NCBI GenBank assembly: GCA_964016885.1
Contig: OZ024742.1
Coordinates: forward strand, 175,584,001-175,648,000
Direction of reading: 5' to 3'
Length of the DNA: 64,000 bases
Source: Eledone cirrhosa
Taxonomy: Eukaryota
The translations under genes were made by a program, and so were the position numbers. The first letter of the stretch is position 1, and every line of letters starts with the position of its first letter. Of this stretch, positions 1 to 12,801 are shown piece by piece. The notes beneath the pieces were generated by a model, which ran no database searches, was not told where the DNA came from, and worked only from the letters and a program-made list of their open reading frames with translations.

Positions 1-633
1 CGATCCTGCTATTACCTGAAATATATTTTCCCTCGGCTTCAGCTGAATACCTTTAGAGATGGACCTTCTGCTTCGCACTCGGCGCGTCAATGTATGTCTG
101 TTAAATGAACCGCGAACGCATTCTGATTCATTCTAAAGGCTACAAGTGGAAGCAACCGTAACACCCTCCTTCAAATGTCAGAGAACGCAGTCAAAGTCAC
201 TATTAAGAGCTACAAGTGAACGCTCACATGGCCCTTTTTAAGGCCATCATTTGAAATTTTTAATGGTTACCCCTCCTTACTGGAGTGTCAGTGAACAGCT
301 TACACGGCCCTTTTAAGGGCCCTTGAAATAGCTGATGGCGAACTTTCATTTAGGGCTGCCAGAAAACGCGCACACGCCTCAGGGCCCATTTTATTACACC
401 ACAGTTTGGTAAACGTTTGTTCAGTTGCGTTTAATTACTAAGGTGTAGTGGACTCCTTCGAGAAGGCTCCACATGCTGTCCCATTGCACGTCATGCCTTG
501 CTCAAGCATTGCAGACTTCCCTCTCACATAAGTGGTGACATCTGTCCTGCTGACTCATGCCACTTTATTAAAGTACAAAAGCACCAAGCCGATTTTCTCC
601 ACGTAGAAGGAGAAGCATACCTAATACTAATTG

Positions 634-1169
634 CATCAGAGTATTCGGTTTATTTCTTTACATATTGTCCAGGCATGCAGTTTTTCAACTTTTTGGTCGC
701 ATTAGGTGAAAAACTGCGTTTTTTCAGCATTTTAGGGTTTTTTTGAGGCGTTACGTTAGACCGATTTCCTTGAAACTGTAACTATGTATTAGTCAGTCTC
801 TTCTACATACCGTGAGCAAAGAAAATCCAACTTTTTTATGGTCTAGGGCCCGCATTAGGTGAAAAACTTCATTTTTTTTAGCTTTTTAGGGTTTATTTTA
901 GGCGTTACGTCTTGCCGATGTTTCCGAAATTTCAAGGCATATTATGCACATAAACAATTCATTTTCCTGATGTCCTAAGGCCCGCATTAGATGAAAACCT
1001 GCATTGTTCCTGATTCATCGAGGAAAATCTTAAAGATTATCCAGCCATCAGAGTATTCGGTTTATTTTCTTTACATATTGCCGAGGCATGCTTTTTTCCA
1101 CGATTAGGTATGTTGGTGGCCCGCGTTCCAAAATACCTTATCCCCTACAACGCCGGGTACCACTGCTAG
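634..1169 (+). mobile_element. Non-autonomous Helitron-like element, 3' part with internal repeats
   Basis: Ends in a degenerate hairpin CCCCTACAACGCCGGG followed by CTAG|T (1142-1170). Internal repeats CGCATTAGGTGAAAAACT (698, 851, 983) and CATCAGAGTATTCGGTTTATT (634, 1046). 5' end not identified. Confidence 0.55.
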
Positions 1170-1233
1170 TACACTATATAGGCATATTAGTATATTGTGT
1201 ATGTATACATAAATACATACATACATATATATA

Positions 1234-1307
<74 letters not shown>

Positions 1308-1437
1308 TAACAAGCAAAGAATCGCTGTTTCACACTTAACGGGATCTTCTGAAACTAACAAAGTCAATCTGTGAACGGAGAAGTGAATATTTCAAAAAAC
1401 GTTGCAACCGGAGGAACACAGGAAGACGATACTTTGG

Positions 1438-3669
1438 TTCGGAATAGGAGCAATTCCTTCCAGCAGCACCTGAAGAATAGAATTCGTTCTATTAAGGATT
1501 CTAATGCCGTGTACGTCCATTCCGACAAAACTGGCAATCTATATCAAGTGGAGCGCAGTACTTACCATCAACTGCTACATAATGCTGTAACTAAGGATTA
1601 CCGTAATAATTATCGGAGCGTCATTAATTAAATCAACGATGCTGGGTTTTAAATCACCTCTGATCTCAACATCCTGGACTGGACTGAAACTCTGGACCCT
1701 TTTTCTCCACACTTTACCCTGAAGGATCACAAATCCAATTTTCCGAACAACCCCTCTATTCAGCTTAATAACGCTACGAAGTCCGATTTAGGTAGACTTA
1801 GTAAAAGGATTCTTGATAGAATTAAACCTGAAATTAGAAGTTTGGTCCCTCTTGCACTGTGGAACAATTCTTTCGCGGTGATTGATTGGTTCAACGGCAT
1901 ATGTAACAAGGAACATTGCCGTTTTATCCAATTCGACATCACCAATTACTACTCCTCCATGACTTTACCACTTCTCCTTAGAGCTATCAATTTCGCTAAA
2001 ACACTCACAGTGGTTAAGGATTTCGAAGTTGATGTCATCCTCAATGCCCGTAAGTCAGTGATTAATATCGAAGACTCTATTTGGATTAAAAAATCTAATA
2101 GTACCCCATTTGACGTGAATACGGGCGCCAGCGATTCTGCGGAGGTTACTGATGTTATCGGCCTTTTCCTTCTTTTCTCTATCAAGGAGGAATTCCCCAA
2201 TGTGGGCGGTGGTTTGTACCGTCATGACGGTCTTTTGACCATGACTAAATTCGGCCCATGCGCTTGTGACAGGTTCAGAAAAGAATTCACAGCCTTCTTT
2301 AAAGGCTTCAACCTCTCCATACAGGTTGAGGCCAACCTCTCGGTCGTTAATTACCTCGACGTTACCCTCAATTTGTCGAGTGGCTTGCATTACCCGTATA
2401 GAAGGCCGAATGATACGCTTAATTACATAAGTAAGCATTCTAACCATCCTGCCAGCATAACCAAGAACCTGGTAAGAAACGTTTCTTTGAGGCTTTCCCG
2501 TCTATCTACAAACGAGCATATTTTCAACGAACATTCCACATATTACAATGAAGCTCTTGATAGGAGTGGATTTATCGATAAGGTAGTTTAGTGAATTGGC
2601 AGACCCAGGATTATCTACTTGTGTAAATAACACCGGAATCTAACTACTAAATTTTATACAGAAAAGGATAAGATATATTTTCAAAACACCATATCGAATA
2701 CAAGTCTTCATTTTATTGTAACTCCGTTATAATTGTTGTACACAAATATCCTCGTACATATTTAGGTATAATCCAAAGCCCGTGATTAACATGTTCATCT
2801 TCAATGTTGTCGGTTCGAAGGAAAGGCGCCAAAGAGAGAAAGAGCTGGCTGTGTTGCCGCTATTTATAACCTCTTTCCGGAAGTTGCAAAAGAGGGTTCT
2901 AGACTTTCGACGGGAAGTAACTCTAACTACTTCTCTGTCTAGAGAGCGCTACATTAGCATATACAGGGTACGAGAATAGACCTAGAAGAGATAGATCCCG
3001 ACGCATTATATGGTATAACCCACCATATAATATGGAGGTGGCCACACCATTAGCTAAGATCTTTCTCTCCCTTATTATGAAGCATCTTCCATCTACACAT
3101 AATATAGTAACATTTTTAATAGAAATACTATTAAAATGTCTTACTCTTCGACTCCTAACCTTGAACATAACATCACAGTTTCAAATTTAGCTAAACTACC
3201 TAGCCGTAGGAACACGTGCAAACCTGTAGTTAGTACTAACTGTAATTGTAGGAATCGGGTTGACTGCCCCCTATCCGGGAAATGCCTCTCTAGTAACATT
3301 GTCTACAAATGTAAGGTCGAAACACCCACGTCCCGTAGGGCCTACATAGGGTTAACCGCCAAGAGATTCAAGCAGCGTCTTTACATGCATACCCATTCTT
3401 TACGAAACCATTTAAGAAGGAATATGACGTCACTTTCAGCTTATATCTGGAGTTTAAAACACAACCACACCCAATATAAGTTACACTGGGAGATCCTAGC
3501 TAGGCCTAGATCGTATAACGGAAATAAAAGACCACGTGACCTTTGCGCCGCTGAGGCCCTTGAAATACTCTACGCCAAAGACCACTTCTTAAACAAAAAA
3601 TGTGAGGCAATTTCGGCTTGTAAACATAAATTGCACAAAACTTTCCTGTATTACAGCCCCACATTATAG
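1438..3669 (+). pseudogene. Disrupted PLE RT + GIY-YIG ORF (family A)
   Basis: ORF pieces 1371-1631, 1842-2591 and 3136-3669, with stops, frameshifts and an LTR insertion. Confidence 0.9.
2587..2953 (-). mobile_element. Solo LTR inserted in the PLE
   Basis: 367-bp insert absent from the family A copy at ~31060. Termini T(T)TAGTG...CGCTACA, imperfect 4-bp TSD GTAG/TTAG, and TATAAA and AATAAA on the minus strand. Confidence 0.75.
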
Positions 3670-4160
3670 CCTAACGGATAGTACGAACTATACGCGGATA
3701 TTTTACGTCTGGATGTGGTAGCTAAGTATATGTTATGTTTATACCATTACTTATTTGTATAGGTAAGTATATATTACCTGTATGTTTTGTGAAGGTACGT
3801 ATACTTTCTCGTACGTATATTTGATTGTATATGTTATGGCGTATATATTATATATTCTGGTACATATGCTTTTGGTTATGTGTATACGTGAGTTTTGCGT
3901 CTGTGTGAGTATGCGGGTTCGTACGTATGTAGGGTGTGTGTATATGTGTACTTTATGTTTTGGTTGACGTTGTCTCCGAACATATGTGTATTTACATGTA
4001 GGTATGTGTGTGCGCTTGTTATATACGTATTTATTTATTTATATACGTTTATTTAATTATATGTATACACGCACACGCACATATATATATATATTTTTTT
4101 ATATATATTGTTATGTGTATTTGGTGTATGTATTCGTATTTGGTGTATACATGTGTATTT

Positions 4161-4213
<53 letters not shown>

Positions 4214-4861
4214 TATAGTTGGGTATATTGGTATTTGATTTGAAGTATACACAATGTACACTATTTTTCTCAGTAAAGATAAGATTCTTCCTCTGACTAA
4301 TACACCTGAATACCTTTGTTAAAATTCCACTCCTGGGATTCGAAATTCCTTTCCTGAGAGCCAAGTGTATCCCTTTGAGAATCACTGATTTAGAAGCTAA
4401 AATCTATGAAATTATTAAACAGCATTGATAAATACAATTTCTTTATCTTTATCTTTCAGTAAAATAACCTTACATGATTATTATTATTGATTTCACTTGC
4501 TATGAGTTAAAAACAAATAGATGGTACTTAATTGGTTAGATTCCAGTGATAGTGGAAACCTAATTGGTTTTGACGTGGCATGGTTAATGCTTTGAACCTG
4601 GTGACCTGGTTGTATTCTGGACCCAATATTGTTTCACTATATCCCATTCTACAACTTACTTCTGTTTACTACTACTAACTAAGTAAAGTTCTCCACAAAT
4701 TAGCGATATATACATACATATATACAGTCAAAGAGATACTAATCTCGAAATATCAGGTCATATGAATAAATTAAGATAAAAAAGAATGAACCATACTTTT
4801 TGTGCTTATTGCATTTTGATTTTTTCTGTCCAAACCTGCATTGTCGTGGCTTTCCAACTTC

Positions 4862-4964
<103 letters not shown>

Positions 4965-4974
4965 TTGCATGGGT

Positions 4975-5014
<40 letters not shown>

Positions 5015-5929
5015 ACCCATGCAAGCATGAAAAAGTGGACATAAAAACAATGATGATGATATATATATATATATTATATATATATTCATGCATATGCTGA
5101 TATGATGTAAGCTTTTTTAGGTATATATAAATACTTTATACTTTTCAATATCTCTCCCTAAAGCTTTAAATCTATTATTATTTATAGCGAATTCTGCATT
5201 TGGATTCCAGCATTTCAAATTACAAACCCTCGAAGCTCCATAACATCATAACATCTGTTTATACTGGGAGACTTTTAGATAAATATAAACACATTATTAC
5301 AATCCGATTTGGTATCAAAAAGGTAGAGGGATGACATATATTGCTTCTTGATCATATCACTTAACATTTAATATCCTGCAAGGATTTATCAAAAAATATC
5401 TAAAAATAGGTTTATTAATTCAAATGTCTATAGCATCTTTACAAATAGAAAAATAATTGTAAACATTTTGCAGTTGGCTAATGTAAATGTAAAGAGTTTA
5501 AGTTTTAATGTGATGCAGTCATATTGCTGATTTGTACTTTTTAAGAATGTCTTGCTAATGTGGTAGAGGACATTAAGTGTTAATTCAGAATAATAGTTAT
5601 TTATAAATATGCAGATTTCATTGCAAATCTAAAATTAAATTTAACGAAATCCAGCACATTAATTAGATTACTTGCTGAGAAAGTAAACTGTACATTTACA
5701 ATATCTGATCACAATAGAGTTATCCAGTACTTTTTAGGTTTGGTAAATATTTCAGGAGTATGTAGAATCCCCACAAGAAATAGAATTTTAATTTAGTGAA
5801 AGTGAAAATGACCTGACAAGATGGAAAATAAGTTAATGTGTCAAGTACGACATAAATTAACGTGAAGTATTGCTTTTCCTTCTAGGATTCTGCCTGAAAT
5901 CTTTGGTAAATAACATCACCACAACCACC

Positions 5930-6410
5930 ACCACCATCATCATCATCCATTTGTTTTTCTTTTCTTTGCATGGGTAGGATGGGTCTTCTACAGCACATAT
6001 TTCCTCTACTTATTGTATTCCTTCATCCTCATCTCTGTCAGGTTCAGTGTGCTGGACTTAGTTCTCACTATTCTGCCCAGGTTTCCTTTGGTATTCGTCT
6101 TCTGCAGTTTCCATCCACTGGAATCCCTTGAGATTTCCTTACCCAATGACCCTCATTAATATGCAAGCATTCACATCATTCCAATCTTCTATTTTGCACA
6201 CTGTCTGTGATTCTTCTGAGGCCCAGTGTTTTCTTTCAGCTTGTCTATGCTTAATTATTAACGAACACTAACATCTCGCAACCAACAGAAAAGGTTTGAT
6301 TCATTTCTCTCCAGCATTTACAAGCCCTTGGCATTTACCGTTGGTATTTCTCTGTAATATATTTGCAAACAGACATCATACAATTTATCTTTTATTTGAA
6401 AAGAGTCTGA
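5930..6410 (-). mobile_element. Degenerate RTE-type LINE 3' fragment
   Basis: (GAT)n tail and decayed similarity to the RTE 3' region at 8465-8900. Confidence 0.5.
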
Positions 6411-8079
6411 AGAAAATTCTTAAATGGAATTTATAAACTTGTTACTGAAGAAAAGTCAAGACAATTATGTAACTTATATAAAAAATGAAAGCTTATTTGT
6501 TGGGTTAGAAAAATTAGAGTATTAAATATTGCTAACCCCATCAATTTGTTGCCAGTGTTTTCATCCTGATTTTAACGATAAATCTTTCTCTCATGAAAGT
6601 CAATGCAATATTTCAAACAAAATTTATCTTCATCTGCAAAACAAAACATATTTCCAAAATTGAATTTGAATAATTAAAATTAATTGGCATAAGAAAAGAA
6701 GAAAAGTTCTCCTACAATATGTCATAAAATAATAATTGTTGAGGTAAATAATACCAACTAAATAATGAGCAAGTTGAATCACTAAACATCTCAAACCTTT
6801 GAGAGGAAACATTGGAAGGAGTGTTTGAGGACTCTGCCCCACAACCCTCTGAGGAATAAGTGGGTGAAGTAGATTATACAGATAAATACAGTACTAAAAG
6901 GGAAAAGAAGGTAAATAATAAGGAAGAAAAAAGGAAACAGAATAATAATGAAAAAAATGGGGGAGAAAACTCACAAACTTGATTACACATAACAGAGTGT
7001 TATAACTTCCCTCTAATAATTTTTGAGGTAAGAGAATATACTAGTAACATTATCATGGGTGATAGTGAGGATAGGGCACTGGGACAAACAAGCACCCTCA
7101 TGGGCAACACCTCATACTTTGGTGAGGTGAGCTGTCAATGTGGTCAAGAAATTCATTGTCAGTGGATCAGCCCCCATCCCATATCTAAATGCCACAGGCT
7201 TCGAAACATAGTTTGCTGATAATTCCTGGTAAATAATTGAGATAGACAGTAAATAATAGTTTGAATAGGAACATTTGATATCATCATTTGATATCCATTT
7301 TTTCATGCTGGCAAAGGTGGCCAGGCTGTCACAGATCAAGTCAGTACTTAATTGGAACCACAATATTGGAGTAGAATCGACCTCTGTTGGATTCAACATT
7401 AAGTTTTCCATTTGATCAATCAATTAAACAACTTGGAAGCAGTTGAGTATTCCATAGATACATGCACTCTTAACAAAAGCCTTAATGATATTCAGTGTGA
7501 CACAATATATGACATGGCTGGCCTGTTAAAATTACAAGCACAATCAATCAAAACAGATCCCATCTACCCATTTTCATTTAAAATGCATGGGCTGATATCG
7601 AAGATATCAAGCATTGTGACTGAACCCTGAGACCTTATGAGTGCAAAACAACTTTTTAACCATTTGGCCATTTTCTTTCCATAATCTCTATATATGCTAT
7701 ATATATATACACTATATTATATACAAATAAACAATATAAATCTTCATAGATACAGAATGTGTTGACAGTGTGAACTTATTAAATATTTCTGATTTTGTTT
7801 CTATGATCTTAGAAACACAACAGATTTTCAAGTGTCTTTATATTTCATCATATATAATATTTTATACTATTTTGAAGTATATTCAGCAGATTTTATCAAA
7901 ACTATTTCATCTGAGATGATAGAAAAAAAAAAACAACCATCTACGAAAAAGATTATTTATTCAAAGTTTTATCTTAATTATTTTATAGTAAATATATGGA
8001 AGACATTCACACTGTTGTGGATATTATTTCATGCTTAGAGAAAAGACAAATATATATATAACAATATATATATATATAA

Positions 8080-9364
8080 CATCATCATCATCATCACCGT
8101 TTTACGTCCGTTCTTCCATGCTAGCATGGGTTAGACAGGTTGACCTGTTGTGGGCAGTGTCAGGTCGGCTGTTGTGGGCAGTGTCAGGAACTGATTCTGG
8201 CTTGATTTCTACAGCTGGATGCCCTTCCTAACACCAACCTCATTTACAGTGAGCGCTGGATGCTTTTTTTCCATGGCGCCTACATGTCCACTTTACAGTG
8301 TGGGCTGGGTACTTTTTTGCCGTGGCACCTCCACAACCACTTTGCAGTGGGAGGGTGTGGGGGTATATTGTCTATATGCTTCAGCTTCGGCTTCTACCAT
8401 TGGGGGGTCAGGTCTTCTGGATTACTGCGTGACGCCAGAGGTCACAATCATGTGTCATCGCCTTTCAGAGGTGTAATTGGGCAAGGTCGGCTTTTATCAC
8501 CTCATCCCAGGTCTTCTTGGGTCTCCCCACTCCGCGGTTTCCATCGATTTCTAGTGCTCTGTACCATTTTATGCAGGTGTCATCCTTCATACGCATCACA
8601 TGTCCATACCAACGCAACCGCCTCTCCTGCACACAGCATTTGATTCCTCTTATGCTCAGTCTCTCTCCTCTCAATTCATTTATGCTTTGCCATTTGAGTA
8701 TATTACTATTACACATCTATCAGAGCATGCAGGCTTTGTTTCTTTCTAATCTACGCAATTCTTCCACAGACAGTGCCCAGGTCACACTACCATGTAACAT
8801 TGTTGTTCGTATACATGCATCATACAGTCTGCCTTTCATTTTGAGGGAAAAGCCTTTTGCAGCTAGCAGTGGCAGTAGCTCCCTGAACTTCTTCCATCCC
8901 GTTCTTACCCTAGTTATTCTACTTACCGAACACCCACCTCTGCTACTAACTCGGTCACCTAGGTAGCAGAAGCTGTTTACTGTTTCTACAGAGCCCTCCC
9001 AGAGTTTGGTGGTACTTATTTCCTGTGGTTGTTTGCTGCTTGCTGTCCCAGCACAGTTGCTACATATGAAGCCTACATTCTTAGTTAAGCTTCCTGAGAT
9101 CCCGCTACATCTCTTGTGTACCCATTGTTTGCATTTGGGGCAGAGAATGGAGTTGCTAACTACACCTTTCCTACATACTGAGCAAGGCCATTTCCCTGAG
9201 GGGATCTGGGTTCTATTTTCTCGTCTACTTACAAGGACCTTAGCTTTGTCAGGTTGACTTTGAGACCCTTTCTTTCTAGCCCCTGCTTCCAAGTTTGAAA
9301 TGTTTTCTCTAGTTCTACCATAGATTCAGCTATAAGTGCGAGGTCATCTGCATATAGAAGAGGA
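8080..9364 (-). mobile_element. 5'-truncated RTE-clade LINE with PHD-like insertion, SINE-shared 3' region and (GAT)n tail
   Basis: LLYADDLAL; GLKVN; WPCSVC..CPKCKQWVHKRC..CSNC; FCYLGD; RRLRWYGHVMR; GRPKKTW. Several frameshifts. Confidence 0.9.
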
Positions 9365-10701
9365 TATATATATATAATATATATATATATGTTTGAATAT
9401 GTATAAAAAAGCCAAAACAATGCAAGTATGGACATAGAATAAAGAATGTAAATGCAAAAGATATTGTTGATAATTAGTCTTTTACCTTAGATTTATCTAA
9501 ATGTCCTTAATTTTCGAGATATTATCTCTTCTTCAGAGGGAAATATATATATATATATATATTGCACATGCCAATGCCTATCTATCTAGTTATTTATCTC
9601 TTCACCAACATCATCATTATCATCTTTTTACACCTGCTTTCCACACTAACATAGGTAAGAGGGAATATCATGGTCGAATCTTTATGCAAAATGACTACCT
9701 TCCATTTGTTATGACTGAATGATAGAGTGTACTAGGTGCATTTCATCATGGCCATAGCCCTACAGACAATGCCTTATATGCTGCTCCACTATATACTAAG
9801 ATATATAGTGTATGTGTGTGTATATACACACATACATGTATACACATATACACACACGCATATATTTTTCTATTTTCTGTAATTTTATGTTGATTAAGAA
9901 AGGTAAATAAGTACCAGATCCAAAGATAAAAGAAATATGTACATCCATTGATACAATTAATTATTTCCTTCAAGTCAGTTCCCCAGCATGGCCACAATCT
10001 AATGACAGAAACAAGTGAAAGAATAAAATAATTAAACAATCTTTTGGAGACAATCATTTTTTTTTTAAAGCAACAAAATAGAATGAAACCATCTTTGAAA
10101 ACAACATTTAATATTTGTGTTTCCATATACTTTTGCATTTCAGTTATTATTCCTAGAAGCAGAACAACAAGAGTTGTTTAACTACACATGGGATCCATGT
10201 GTGGTCATATATTTCATAATCTTATTTTAATGATCAATTACTTTTCATTTTCCTGTAAAGATGTATTATTATTTGAAACCTTTTTAAAGCCCAGCTTTTA
10301 CATTGAAGCTTTTGTTATAAAGTAATATACATTAACTTGAGCAATTGAAGAAATAACTTGAGAAGTTTTAGCTTAGCTTTAAGAAAAAAAATCCCTTCTA
10401 TGAAAATATATTTCTATTTTAATTCAATTTTGTTGATTGATTGTTTCGTTTTTTTTCAAGATTAATAAAAATAAAGTTGAAGACCAAACTTATTTTGCTT
10501 CAGATTCTGTATTATGTTGTTCTATACCACATGAAATAGCATTAGCAAAATATTGTTGAATATTATTAAAAAGCTCTGTGACATTAACAACTAAACCCTT
10601 TACAACGAAATATGGCAATTTTAACAGTGAACAGTCCACTAATAATGATACTCTAGTTACTTTAATTAAATCCATTTCCAGATATATAAACATATACATA
10701 C

Positions 10702-10788
<87 letters not shown>

Positions 10789-10799
10789 TATATACATAC

Positions 10800-10895
<96 letters not shown>

Positions 10896-10900
10896 ATATG

Positions 10901-10977
<77 letters not shown>

Positions 10978-10978
<1 letters not shown>

Positions 10979-11303
10979 TCGTTTCTGAATTTGGCGGATG
11001 TGGCGCATGCGCAGATTAAGCACACAACACACACACACAGAAACAAAATGGCGTAGGACAGAACAAAGGAGAGGCACAAAAACAAACAAAGAAAATAATC
11101 CCCAGTCACTGAAGAGGCCACATAATGTGTGACGAAAGAACTTTGACAATATATAAACAACTATCTGGTTGTGGAACCAACCAACCAAACAGAAATTTAT
11201 AGATTTATTCCTAAATTTATAAATTTATTATAATAAATTGAAGTGAAAGCAACTAGTACGTGTGTTTCTTATTGGCAACATGACCCTCCCAAAGTATAAC
11301 AAT
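10978..11303 (+). mobile_element. Solo pseudo-LTR of PLE family C with a 17-nt inverted tail piece at the 5' end
   Basis: Closely matches 36139-36425. 10978-10993 is the reverse complement of the tail CAAATTCAGAAACGAAA (~36468-36484). Embedded in (TA)n. Confidence 0.9.
11105..11147 (+). ncRNA. Minimal type I hammerhead ribozyme (family C)
   Basis: gtca-CTGAAGA-ggccacat/aat/gtgtgac-GAAA-gaac-TT-tgac. Confidence 0.75.
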
Positions 11304-11330
11304 ATATATATATATATATACATACATACA

Positions 11331-12200
11331 TCTTCAGTGTATACAGATTAATCTTCAGAGCCATCCTCAGCATTCTCGTGTAGCACCCATCCACCATCTG
11401 AGTGAGTTTCTTGGTCAGTGTCCATGTCTCAGACCCTACAGCAGCACAGAGTCCACTACAGCAATAAAGAGGCGGATTTTCAGGTCTTTACGAAGGTCCG
11501 ACTTCCACACAGATCTCAAGCTGTGACACGCCGCCCAGACTTTGCTCTTCCTCCCAACCCCATCATCTTCCGTATTCCCAATCTTTGCTCCCAAATACAA
11601 TAAGTCCTCAACCAATTCTAGCGGCTTCCCATCTACATTAGTGATCCCATCTGGCTTCTCAACATTCTCTACCAGATATGTTGTTTTAGTCTCATTCATT
11701 CTCAGCCCCACACTCATCGACACAGTCTCAACCTCCTGCATCAAATCCTCTGCCTCCTTCACTGTATTTCTCACCAAATCTATGTCGTCGGCAAATTCAG
11801 CATCAGATATCTTTTTTGCCTTAACTTCCTGCTCTGAGCCGGTGCTACAGTAAAGCCAGAGTCCTGGTGTTTCTCCAGTGTAGAGCTGTATGGGAGCCTC
11901 CCAAAAGTCAGCTCAAAAGGGACACAGAGGAGACCGAGGTTAGCTGGACATGCTCATCGGCATCCAGAGTTGACATTGCACTCAGTGCTCCTGTGAGGGC
12001 CCCTACATGGACACACTGGAAGAGGAAGACCAAGGTTAGCGTATGTTGATGCCCTAAGGATAGACACTGGTCTGTTGGAGACGTAGGACATGACAGCGAT
12101 AATGGAGAGACCTCGTCCATGGATCTCAGGAATTTTACCCGCCCTAGAATACGTACATATGCTCCGTTGAATGTGTAATAGTACACGAACGGCAAAGCAT
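11331..12200. mobile_element. RTE/RTEX-like LINE fragment with 5' inversion (minus 11331-~11865, plus ~11870-12200)
   Basis: Minus strand: FADDI..GLRMNETKT..LYLG..KIRLF..SETWTL..GCYTRMLRMAL. Plus strand continues ELYGSLPKVS..LAGHAHRHPE..GRGRPRLAYVD. Confidence 0.8.
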
Positions 12201-12235
12201 AGATGAGCTAAGTGAGAAATTAGGAATAAGAGGGA

Positions 12236-12285
<50 letters not shown>

Positions 12286-12378
12286 AAGTATTTCCGTCAG
12301 AAAGGTATAGGAAAAAATAGTGTATTATGTAGGCTACAGAGCTTATTAGTTATGTAATAAACAACATAAGATAATTAT

Positions 12379-12439
12379 TTCATTTATTAGTGGTTTCTTG
12401 AAGACGGATTTTGCGTCTGTCTTCAGTCATCAGAATGAA
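12379..12439 (-). ncRNA. Minimal hammerhead ribozyme candidate in an orphan PLE-like pLTR (~12285-12800)
   Basis: ttcatt-CTGATGA-ctgaagacaga/cgcaaaa/tccgtcttcaa-GAAA-ccactaa-TA-aatgaa. Confidence 0.65.
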
Positions 12440-12801
12440 TAAAAAACATGGTGTATTTATTAAATATGGATTTGAAAACCAAATTTAGGAAATGTGAAAG
12501 TGAGGCTGAAAAAAACAGGCAAAAAGGAAAAAGGGGAAACAAATATAAAAAATATATATATAAAATGTATAAATCCAGAACGTAAACATACACACACTCA
12601 ACTACACGCATATACTAAAAAGTACGTAGACGGATACTTTCTCACATAAGCGTATTTGCGTCTAAATAGAAAAACAGACAGGAACATAAATACATACACA
12701 TACATATACACAGATATATATGCACTCAAAAATGGACAGTGGTTAGGAAACAGGAATAACTAAATAAATAAGAACAAAAAATACAAAAAATAAATATATA
12801 T

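Larger units (their letters stand above)
1301..4160 (+). mobile_element. Penelope-like element family A, copy 1 (5'-truncated, with inverted pLTR piece 1301-1440)
   Basis: RT remnants (HSDKTGNLY, LKDHK, FDITNYYSS, GASDSAEV, YRHDG, YLDVTL) and GIY-YIG (CNCR..CPLSGKC..IVYKC..YIGLT). Flanked by (TA)n. Confidence 0.93.

Noticed and set aside
640-1140. Spaced short repeats resembling a CRISPR array
   Set aside because: Irregular spacing, spacers related to each other, no cas genes, eukaryotic context. Better explained as Helitron internal repeats.
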